Origin: Myxococcota bacterium
Lineage (GTDB): Bacteria; Myxococcota_A; UBA9042; PHBI01; JAWLBL01
Assembly (NCBI GenBank): GCA_041687695.1
Contig: JAWLBL010000019.1
Location: 110,685 to 174,684, forward strand
DNA length: 64,000 nt
Direction: 5' to 3'
Numbering within the stretch: the first letter of the stretch is position 1; the number at the start of each line of letters is the position of its first letter. The notes under the pieces are model-generated. The model made no database searches. It was not told where the DNA came from and saw nothing but the letters and a program-made list of their open reading frames with translations. A program made the translations under genes and the position numbers. This document shows positions 28,088-35,986 of this stretch, piece after piece.

Positions 28088-28260
28088 GCACAGGGCCTAG
28101 TGGTCGGAATGGGGAATTCTGCAACTTCTTGGGTTGACGGCGGCCCATCTAGCCGCCATCGTTGTAAGCCTCCAACGACGACGCGTTCGGCGAAACGAGC
28201 CCTCCGGGGGGAGGGGCGTGCCGACCTCGTTACCGCCTCCGGCCCCAGTGGCCGAAGCGC
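28088..28260 (+). promoter_or_regulatory. Prophage copy of host nrdJ promoter/leader (degenerate NrdR boxes, TTGACG -35, structured RNA)
   Basis: Collinear with 44753-44920; 28173-28223 identical to 44838-44888. Confidence 0.8.
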
Positions 28261-28810
28261 GGCGACGTGTGTTGACCCGTAAGCCTCCCCCACAGCAGGT
28301 TCCAGCCAACACACGAACAGTCCGTCACGGCACGCTTCCCGTTCTGACACGGGGAGGGCAGCACATGCCCGGGCGTAGGTGCTCGGGCCTGACGACGGAA
28401 ACGGAGCAGTGCTCCGTAGCCTCGGTCAGGAGAAGCCACCTCGCCCGAACCAGGGCTGGGTTGCGTTCCGGCAGGTGCGAACCAAGACCAGGAGACAGAG
28501 AACGAACAAGGGGCTGCAACGCAGCCAAGCTACGAAGCAGCCCCGTGAAGACCTAGACCAACCAAAAAATCACCAGAGCTTGCTGGCAACTGCTCAGCGC
28601 GCTGGCCGGCGCGCCGCAGGTTGGCAACCAGGCGTGCGAACAACTCTGTCCAAGGCGTTCGTAGGTCCCGGTCGAGTAGATGTCAAGCGGGCTTGCTGCA
28701 ACCCAGAGACCTGGGGGGTCGGCTGCGTGGGCGTTCCACCGTAGCTGCACCGGTTTCCCGGGTACTGCAGGCCACCTGCAGTACGCCTCCGTGCGTTCCG
28801 CACAAAGGCA
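28170..28810 (+). ncRNA. Candidate long structured RNA or 5' UTR
   Basis: No convincing ORF; dense hairpins (28367-28388, 28401-28417, 28510-28544, 28762-28784, 28791-28803). Confidence 0.45.
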
Positions 28811-28817
28811 TCAAGCC

Positions 28818-28904
28818 ATGGTCGAGTTCCTGTTCGGCATCATCCTCGGCATCATCGCTCGCGACGTGTGGCCCCGTGGCACCCGTCCGCCGGCGAAGAA
28901 GTAG
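28818..28904 (+). CDS. 28-aa hydrophobic peptide MVEFLFGIILGIIARDVWPRGTRPPAKK
   Basis: ATG after AAAGG; hydrophobic helix plus basic tail. Confidence 0.45.
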   Translation: MVEFLFGIILGIIARDVWPRGTRPPAKK

Positions 28905-28925
28905 CAGGGGAGCCTGATCGCGCGG

Positions 28926-28956
28926 CGGGTTCACGGGGAACGGTCCCGTGAACCCG
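28926..28956. terminator. Perfect 12-bp hairpin between convergent genes
   Basis: CGGGTTCACGGG / CCCGTGAACCCG; no clear U-tract. Confidence 0.5.
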
Positions 28957-28975
28957 ACCGTAACCTCACAGGCGC

Positions 28976-29287
28976 TCAGCCGCCCCCGACGCGGGTCCCG
29001 CCGCCCTCGTAGCCGTTGCCGACGCCGGTCCCGTTTGCAGCGAAGCCGTTGCCGACGGTGCCTTCGTACCCGACGGTCCCCTTATAGCGGCCGTCGTCGT
29101 CGTAGCCGCCTCCAATCTCGGTTTCCTTCGCGGCGACCGTGAAGCCACCTCGCTCGACGCCGTTGTCGGCGGAGGCGGTGAAGCCGCCGGTGGTTCCGCT
29201 GCTGTCGTGGGAGGTGATCAGGAAGCCACCACCCGAGTAGCCGCCGGTGGCCAGAAGGGTCGCAGCCGCGATGATGATGAGCTTCAT
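28976..29287 (-). CDS. Small secreted Gly-rich protein
   Basis: MKLIIIAAATLLA signal peptide; GAGG RBS. Confidence 0.6.
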   Translation of the reverse strand: MKLIIIAAATLLATGGYSGGGFLITSHDSSGTTGGFTASADNGVERGGFTVAAKETEIGGGYDDDGRYKGTVGYEGTVGNGFAANGTGVGNGYEGGGTRVGGG

Positions 29288-29379
29288 GGGAGCCTCTGTG
29301 GTAGGTGCCGGTAACCCGCAGACGGGCAACCGTTCCACAGAATTCCAGGGAGCTCGTGCTAAGTGCAACGCTTCGGTCG

Positions 29380-30096
29380 TCAGCTGCCCTTGGAACGGTC
29401 AATCTTTGCCTGGAGTGTCGCCCTGCGCTCTCGGCTCCGAGCGGGCTGCACGTAGAAGAACTCCAAGAGGTCATCGAGGACTTGGAGCATGAGCTGAGCC
29501 TCGTTCTCTTCGATGTCGAGGATCTCACCTGTCACGCCGTCGGCCTTCAGGTGAACCGCGATGTTGCCCAGCTGCCGGACGTGGTCCAGTTCCTCGTGGA
29601 GGTGCGCCGGGAACCGCTGTTCGGCGAGCTTCAGGAGCCCGGCAAGGTTGGTCCGAGGCGAGGCGCTGGTGGCCTCGAGCAGGATGGCTTCCATGCACCG
29701 GCGGGAGAGCGCCGCCGAGGCCCGAGGGCTGATGTCGAGGATGGCCCAAGCCTCGCGCCAGTCCTTCGCGATCCCCTCGGGCACGGCCGGGTCTGGGGCG
29801 CGAGAGCGGAAGCGGGGATAGATGACCTGGTCAGGCCAGGGAGTACCGGAAGCGAGACCGATGTCGGCTCCGATGACCAGGATCGGGAAGTCACAGACTG
29901 GACATAGGAATCCGACGAGCGCCCACTCGCTCCGGCCTCGACTGCAGACCCAGTGAAAGGTCAGCGGAACCCACTCGCTCTCCTGCTGCCAGCTCTGGCC
30001 ACCACGGACGCGCATGGGCTCGCCCAGGTTGACCTTCTCTTGACAGTGTGGACAGGTCACCCGCGAGCCCTGATAGTAGACGTTCTCGTCGTTCAT
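29380..30096 (-). CDS. DUF4145 (HEPN-like) protein with N-terminal zinc finger
   Basis: CPHC...CPVC; SPRASAALSRRCME; RQLGNIAVH. Confidence 0.8.
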   Translation of the reverse strand: MNDENVYYQGSRVTCPHCQEKVNLGEPMRVRGGQSWQQESEWVPLTFHWVCSRGRSEWALVGFLCPVCDFPILVIGADIGLASGTPWPDQVIYPRFRSRAPDPAVPEGIAKDWREAWAILDISPRASAALSRRCMEAILLEATSASPRTNLAGLLKLAEQRFPAHLHEELDHVRQLGNIAVHLKADGVTGEILDIEENEAQLMLQVLDDLLEFFYVQPARSRERRATLQAKIDRSKGS

Positions 30097-30260
30097 CGTG
30101 GTCTCCGACGATTGCTCTCGTGGTCAACCTACCCCACCGGCGTCGATGCGCAACCGCGTCGATGGTCGAGGCTATCGACCTGCTTCAGCGACGGCGTCCG
30201 AACTGATGAAGGACGCGGCGGTCAAGGCAGGAGTCGAGAGGAGCGTAGAAGACCAGGACG

Positions 30261-30635
30261 TTGACAGGGTGGGATCTCGCGATCCTCATCAGAGCTATGA
30301 GACCTACCCACGACGTCCCTGCATCCGTGCTCGAGCTGATGGCCCAGCAGACGAGCTGGACCTGGTGCATCGAGGTCCTGACCGGATGGCTCAACAGGAC
30401 CAAGCGCTGCTACACGGTCTACGACGTATACTGCTTCCTGGTCGAGCACAGGCCCGGTGAGGCGGTCGACTACGACTACATCGCCCGTCGCCTCAGCCAG
30501 AGCAGTACGCCCGGCACCTACTACTGGGTGGCCTTCGGTCCCGACCATGAGTCGGCTCGGCAGTACTACGAGGCCCTGCGTGGGCGTCTGTCGCTGGCCG
30601 AGGTCGACGGAGGCGAGCTGTCGCTGACGAACTAG
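30261..30635 (+). CDS. Hypothetical protein (start may be 30297)
   Basis: ORF between the DUF4145 paralogues. Confidence 0.45.
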   Translation: MTGWDLAILIRAMRPTHDVPASVLELMAQQTSWTWCIEVLTGWLNRTKRCYTVYDVYCFLVEHRPGEAVDYDYIARRLSQSSTPGTYYWVAFGPDHESARQYYEALRGRLSLAEVDGGELSLTN

Positions 30636-31333
30636 GTAGCCTTCGAGGTCTTGGCCTTCAGGGCAGCTTGCCGCTGAGCACGCTTGGCCGGCTGGACGTA
30701 GTAGAAGTCCAGCAACTCATCCACGATGGTGAGCAGCGCCTCGGCCTCGTCCTGGTTGATCTCCATGATGGATCCCGTCGTGGAGTCCGACTTGAGATGG
30801 ACTGCGATGTTGCCCATCTTCCGAACCTCGTCGAGGTGCTGTTCGAGGTCTGACGGCAGCGTGGGCCCGACGCTGGTGATCATGTCGACCAGCCGAGTCT
30901 TCGGGTTCTGCTTGCCAGCGTCAACGAGGGTCGCCTCGATGCAGCGACGCGAGAGCGCCGCCGAGGCCCGTGGGCTCAGGTCGAGGATCGCCCATGCCTC
31001 CTGCCAGTCCTTGGCGATGTCGGCAGGTACGACTGGGTCTGGCGCGCGGACTCGAGCGGCAGGGTGGACGATCCGTTCGTCAAGGACTTTCCCACCTGTG
31101 ATGTCGTTTTGCACGGTTCTCAGGACGAGCACGAGTTGATCGCAGACTGGGCAGACGTAACCCCTTAGTTCTTGACGCTGCTGGCTTCTGTTCCGTTGCC
31201 AGGTGAGGAACAAGGACACGAGGGTCTGTCGGTCGCGGTCGTCGAGCGCAAAAACCTGTGTGTATTCGGGTAGGTTGATGGGCTGCTCGCAGTGGGGGCA
31301 GGTAACCCGGGCCTTCGGCTCGTAGCTCGTCAT
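30632..31333 (-). CDS. DUF4145 (HEPN-like) protein with N-terminal zinc finger, paralogue
   Basis: CPHC...CPVC; SPRASAALSRRCIE; RKMGNIAVH. Confidence 0.8.
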   Translation of the reverse strand: MTSYEPKARVTCPHCEQPINLPEYTQVFALDDRDRQTLVSLFLTWQRNRSQQRQELRGYVCPVCDQLVLVLRTVQNDITGGKVLDERIVHPAARVRAPDPVVPADIAKDWQEAWAILDLSPRASAALSRRCIEATLVDAGKQNPKTRLVDMITSVGPTLPSDLEQHLDEVRKMGNIAVHLKSDSTTGSIMEINQDEAEALLTIVDELLDFYYVQPAKRAQRQAALKAKTSKAT

Positions 31334-31455
31334 GTTCCTCTCCTAGGGGGCCAGAGCTTAGCGGACCCTCAAGGATCCGCAACGTCGTTCGGGACGGACG
31401 AACCTTGATCGGGTCTGTCGTCTTCCGCTACTCAGAGCTGAGCGGAGGAACGCCA

Positions 31456-33063
31456 ATGACCGAGCCCACGCAATCGACTGCGCGACGAGCTGTCATCTAC
31501 GCCCGTGTCTCGAGCCAGGGGCAGCGGGACCGCCAGACCATCGAGTCCCAGCTCCGGGTCTTGCCCGAGTTCGTCGAGTCCCGGGGGTGGGAGCTGGTCA
31601 GGCCCACCGACACCTATATAGACGATGGGTTCTCGGCCAAGGCCGGGGGACTCGACGACCTCAAGGGCCGGGCCCAGCTGCTCTCGGATGCCGAGGCGGG
31701 CCTCTTCGACCTGGTGGCGGTGGTCGACCAAGACCGGCTCACCCGATCGGAGGACTTGGTCGAGCGCGGCTACATACTGGGTTCGCTCCAGCGGGCTCAG
31801 ATCCAGATCGCGGTTCAGTCCACCGGCCAGGTGCTCGACCTCTCGAGTTCCGAGGGCGACCTGCACGCCAGCCTCCAGGGGTTCTTCAGCGCCGAGGAGA
31901 ACCGCAAGCGTCGGAAGCGAACTCTCGATGGCAAGCAGACCGCGATCAAGCGTGGCCGTAAGCCCTCCGGCCCAACCCCCTACGGCTACAACTACGATCG
32001 AACCACCGGTACCTGGACCATCGACCAGGACCAGGGTGCGATCGTACGCGAGCTCTTCGAACGGGTCGCTGGCGGCGAGTCCTGCCACAGCCTTGCCAGG
32101 GAGCTGAACGAGCGAGGGGTCCCTCGCCCCAGGAGCGGCGCCTGGCAGCAGGCGCGGGTCAACCAGATCGTCCGCCAGCGCGCCTACATCGGGACCTACA
32201 CGGCCGACAAGAAGAGGAACCTGACCATCGAGGTCCCGAGGATCGTGAGCGACTGGCTGTTCGAGCAGGCCGAGATCGCCCTGCAGGCCAACCGGTTCCA
32301 CCTCAACCCCAAGACCAACCACTACAACCTGGCCCAGGGGATCGGGGTCTGCGGGGTCTGCGGCCAGGACATCCTGCTTACGGGCAACAAGCTCAAGAAG
32401 CGGTACTACGTCTGCCGGTCCAAGAAGGGGCTGGGCAAGGACGTCGAGCGCTGCCCCAACCCGATGCGGCAGGTCGAGCCCACCGACGAGAAGATCTGGG
32501 CGCAGGTCCGCTACGTGCTCGAGCAGCCCGACCTCCTGGAGGGAGCGGTCCAGCTCCGGATCGATCGGGCCAACGAGACCGACTGGGAGGCCGAGCTCAA
32601 GGAGACCGAGTCCAAGCTGGCCGCCATCGATCGCCGGGCCCAGAACGTCCTCAACTCCTACATGAAGGGGTTGATCGCCGACGACGTCTACGAGCAGCAC
32701 CTGGTGTCGACGCAGCGGGACCGAGAGGGGCTGGAGCGCCAGCGCGATCTGGCCAACCAGAACCTGCTGGCCGCCAAGAGGACCGAGCAGGAGACCCGTG
32801 CTCTTCGGGCGACCGTCGAGAAGCTCAAGCAGAACCTCGACACCGCGTCACCAGAAGAGCGCCAGAAGCTCGTCAGGATGCTGATCCCAGGCCGGGACGG
32901 GTACCGGATCACGTTCGAGCAGGACGGGACCCTGACCATCATGGGGATGGTGGATGCCGGGACACCCGCATCGAACAAGGCTGGATCAGGGGAAGGAGAG
33001 GGCGGCTCGGGTGTCTTCCACGATGACGGTGTATCAACCAGCTGCGACAGAAGATCGGGGTGA
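31456..33063 (+). CDS. Large serine recombinase (prophage integrase)
   Basis: YARVSS catalytic motif, DRLTR, PYGY recombinase domain, CGVCG...YYVC zinc ribbon, coiled coil; GGAGG RBS. Confidence 0.95.
   Translation: MTEPTQSTARRAVIYARVSSQGQRDRQTIESQLRVLPEFVESRGWELVRPTDTYIDDGFSAKAGGLDDLKGRAQLLSDAEAGLFDLVAVVDQDRLTRSEDLVERGYILGSLQRAQIQIAVQSTGQVLDLSSSEGDLHASLQGFFSAEENRKRRKRTLDGKQTAIKRGRKPSGPTPYGYNYDRTTGTWTIDQDQGAIVRELFERVAGGESCHSLARELNERGVPRPRSGAWQQARVNQIVRQRAYIGTYTADKKRNLTIEVPRIVSDWLFEQAEIALQANRFHLNPKTNHYNLAQGIGVCGVCGQDILLTGNKLKKRYYVCRSKKGLGKDVERCPNPMRQVEPTDEKIWAQVRYVLEQPDLLEGAVQLRIDRANETDWEAELKETESKLAAIDRRAQNVLNSYMKGLIADDVYEQHLVSTQRDREGLERQRDLANQNLLAAKRTEQETRALRATVEKLKQNLDTASPEERQKLVRMLIPGRDGYRITFEQDGTLTIMGMVDAGTPASNKAGSGEGEGGSGVFHDDGVSTSCDRRSG
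33011..33056. other. Putative prophage-host att junction
   Basis: RecA-like translation begins at 33033; GGT-GT-AT-CA-ACC symmetry and flanking TCTTC/GAAGA. Confidence 0.65.
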
Positions 33064-33506
33064 TGTTCGGCAACCCCGAGACGACGACCGGGGGCAACGC
33101 CCTCAAGTTCTACTCGAGCGTCCGCCTGGACATCCGGCGCATCGGGGCGCTCAAGAACGGCGACCAGGCCATCGGCAACCGCACCCGGGTGAAGGTGGCC
33201 AAGAACAAGGTCGCGCCGCCGTTCCAGACCTGCGAGTTCGACATCGTCTACGGACGCGGGATCTGCCAGGCGGGCGAGCTGCTCGACATGGGCGTCGAGG
33301 TCGGCGTCATCGACAAGTCCGGCGCCTGGTACTCGTGGCGCGAGGGGCGCCTGGGCCAGGGGCGCGAGAAGGCGCGCGAGGCCCTGATGGCCGACGAGGC
33401 GCTGTTCCGGACCCTGCGCGCCGAGACGATGGCGCGCCGGCTGGGGCGGCCCGCGCCGGTGGTCGAGGTGGCGGGCGACGACGGCATCGAGGCGCAGGCC
33501 GCCTGA
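33033..33506 (+). pseudogene. recA: RecA C-terminal half, interrupted by the prophage
   Basis: [36 protein letters not shown]...KNKVAPPF...KSGAWYS; in-frame TGA at 33024. Confidence 0.95.
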
Positions 33507-33528
33507 GGCGCGCCCGGGAGGACGAACG

Positions 33529-33969
33529 ATGAGCGTGAACAAGGCGTTCCTGGTGGGCCGGCTCGGCGCCGCGCCCGAGATGAAGACGACCCAGGGCGGA
33601 AAGGCGATGTGCCAGTTCAGCGTGGCCACCGACGGCTGGGGCGGCGAGGACAAGGGCCGCACGACCGAGTGGCACTCGATCGTGGTCTGGGAGCGGCAGG
33701 CCCAGCTCTGCGAGCAGTACCTGAACAAGGGCAGCCTGGTGGCGGTCGAGGGGCGGCTCGCGACCCGCAGCTGGGACGACCCCAAGTCGGGCGTCAAGCG
33801 CTACAAGACCGAGGTCGTCGCCTCGCGCGTGACGTTCCTCGGCGGCCGGGGCGAGGCCACGACCCACCCGAGCGGCGGACACGACGGCGGGCCCGGAGCC
33901 GGGCGTCGCGGTGGCGCGGTGGGGGTGGCGCATGCGGGGCGGGAGGTGCGTGATGACCTTCCGTTCTGA
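33529..33969 (+). CDS. ssb: Single-stranded DNA-binding protein
   Basis: MSVNKAFLVGRLG...TEWH...VEGRL; C-terminal DDLPF. Confidence 0.95.
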   Translation: MSVNKAFLVGRLGAAPEMKTTQGGKAMCQFSVATDGWGGEDKGRTTEWHSIVVWERQAQLCEQYLNKGSLVAVEGRLATRSWDDPKSGVKRYKTEVVASRVTFLGGRGEATTHPSGGHDGGPGAGRRGGAVGVAHAGREVRDDLPF

Positions 33970-34261
33970 CGGTGGCGCCGACGCGCCGGCCATGCACGTC
34001 TCGCTGAGGGTCACGGCCCGCTGCGAGGCGCCGGAGGCCTCGGCCCACTGGGTCGAGGAGGACGGGATCGCGCGCATCGTCGCGCCCCGGCCGGCGGCAC
34101 CGGCGGTCGGCGCGCTCAAGCGCTGGCTCGAGCGCTCCGGCTTCGACGTGGTCGACGTGCGGGCGCGTGGACGGAGCTGCCGCATCACCGCGAACGGCGC
34201 GTGGAGCCCGCGCGACGCGCCCATGGCGGCGCCGGGCGAGCGTGTCGGCGGCGACGGCTGA
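33953..34261 (+). CDS. Hypothetical protein
   Basis: GGAGGT RBS; overlaps the end of ssb. Confidence 0.35.
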   Translation: MTFRSDGGADAPAMHVSLRVTARCEAPEASAHWVEEDGIARIVAPRPAAPAVGALKRWLERSGFDVVDVRARGRSCRITANGAWSPRDAPMAAPGERVGGDG

Positions 34262-34577
34262 CCCGGGCCCGGGCCCGGGTGCGACCCGCGGGGAGGCCTG
34301 CCTCCCCGTGGCCCCCTCGCGGGTCGCGTCTTGGCCGCCGAAGCGGCGGTGGGTGCGAGGGCACCGGTCGCGGACATGGGCTGGCAGCGACAGCAGGCGT
34401 GTCGGCTGCGGGCCGATCCCTGCAGGGGCCGGCGGGCTCGGGCCGGGAGGCTTTGCCGACGAGGCCGTCCGTCGCGGACCGTGGACCGTGACGCGGCGCC
34501 CCGCTATAAGGGCGCCACCGAGGCGGCAGGCGAAGAGCGTGGCCAGAGGGCGCCCGAGGGCGTCGGAGGAGAGGGCG

Positions 34578-35978
34578 ATGGCGGAGACACTGCAGGTCGT
34601 GCATCCCTGGACGGGCGAGGTGGCGCTGGAGGTCCCGATCGACGGACCCGAGGTCGTCGAGGCCAAGGTGAAGCGGGCGCGGCAGGCGTGGAAGGCCTGG
34701 CGCACGACGACGCTCGAAGAGCGCACGGCGCTGGTGCAGCGGTTCCTGGACGTCGTCGCGGCCGAGCGGGAGGAGCTGGCCCGTTCGGTCTCGCTGCAGA
34801 TGGGCAAGCCGGTCGCCGAGGCCCGGGGGGAGGTCGGGCGGCTCGTCGAGCGCGCTCGGATGATGCTGGCCATCGCCCCCGAGGCCCTGCGCGACGAGCA
34901 CGTCCCCATCGGCGACGGCCTCCGGCGCGTCATCGTTCGCGAGCCGCTGGGCGTCGTCCTGGACATCGCTGCCTGGAACTATCCGCTCATCATCGCCGGG
35001 AACGTGGTCGTCCCGGCGCTGCTCGCGGGCAACACCGTGCTCCTCAAGCACGCCAGCCAGACGCCGGGCGTCGGGCTGTGGTTCGAGGAGGCCTTCCGCA
35101 AGGCGGGCGCCCCCGAGGGCGTCGTCACCGCCGTGACCGTGCGCGGCCGCGACGCCGCCGCCCTCATCCAGCACCCGGACGTCGCGGCCGTGTTCTTCAC
35201 CGGCTCGGTCGAGGGCGGGCGCGACGTCTATCGCAAGGTCGCTCAGCGGCCCGAGGGCTTCATCGACGCAGGGCTCGAGCTCGGCGGCAAGGACCCGGCC
35301 TGGGTGCGCGCCGACATGCCGCTCGAGATCGCCGTCCCCAACCTGGTGGAGGGCGCCTTCTACAACGCCGGACAGTCGTGCTGCGGCGTAGAGCGCATCT
35401 ACGTCGATCGCGCCATCTACGACGACTTCGTGCGCGCCTTCGTCGAGGAGGCACGCCGCTGGCAGGTGGGCGATCCGCTGGCGCCCGACACGATGATGGG
35501 GCCCGTGGCCTCGCCCGGCACCCTGGACACGCTCGAAGCCCAGATCCGCGACGCCGTCGCGCGTGGCGGACGGCTGCTGCTCGGCGGCGAGCGCCTGCCC
35601 GGCCCCGGCTGGCGGTTCCCCGCGACCGTGGTGGCCGAGGCGAACCACGAGATGGCGCTGATGCGCGACGAGAGCTTCGGCCCGGTCATCGGCCTGATGC
35701 CGGTCGACGGCGACGAGCAGGCGATCGCGCTGATGAACGACACGGTCTACGGGCTGACCGCCTCGATCTGGACCGCCGATCTGGCCCGCGGCGAGGCGCT
35801 CGCGCGGCGGGTGGTCGCCGGGACCGTCTTCGTCAACCGCTGCGACTACGTCGACCCGGCGCTGCCCTGGACCGGGTTCGGCGACAGCGGAAAGGGCGTG
35901 ACGCTCTCGCGCCTCGGGTTCGACCACCTGACCCACCCGCGCGGCCTCCATCTGCGCGACGTCCGGATGATGCGATAG
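34578..35978 (+). CDS. Aldehyde dehydrogenase family protein
   Basis: WNYP, FTGS, LELGGKDP, NAGQSC, ESFGPV motifs. Confidence 0.92.
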   Translation: MAETLQVVHPWTGEVALEVPIDGPEVVEAKVKRARQAWKAWRTTTLEERTALVQRFLDVVAAEREELARSVSLQMGKPVAEARGEVGRLVERARMMLAIAPEALRDEHVPIGDGLRRVIVREPLGVVLDIAAWNYPLIIAGNVVVPALLAGNTVLLKHASQTPGVGLWFEEAFRKAGAPEGVVTAVTVRGRDAAALIQHPDVAAVFFTGSVEGGRDVYRKVAQRPEGFIDAGLELGGKDPAWVRADMPLEIAVPNLVEGAFYNAGQSCCGVERIYVDRAIYDDFVRAFVEEARRWQVGDPLAPDTMMGPVASPGTLDTLEAQIRDAVARGGRLLLGGERLPGPGWRFPATVVAEANHEMALMRDESFGPVIGLMPVDGDEQAIALMNDTVYGLTASIWTADLARGEALARRVVAGTVFVNRCDYVDPALPWTGFGDSGKGVTLSRLGFDHLTHPRGLHLRDVRMMR

Positions 35979-35986
35979 GCGCCTGG

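Larger units (their letters stand above)
1..33032. mobile_element. Prophage (siphovirus-like, serine integrase), right portion; left end outside window; integrated in recA
   Basis: Ordered terminase-portal-scaffold-capsid-tail-tape measure module, large serine recombinase at the end, abrupt junction with a 5'-truncated recA. Inclusion of the cargo at 1-5300 is inferred. Confidence 0.9.

Noticed and set aside
28170..28810. Guide RNA for the serine integrase, or phage tmRNA/intron
   Set aside because: Only a 7-nt match (CAACCAG) to the att region, which is chance level; no tmRNA, group I/II intron or RNase P motifs seen
32954..33060. Phage-supplied replacement 5' end restoring recA
   Set aside because: TGA at 33024 in the recA frame and no RecA-like sequence upstream of 33033
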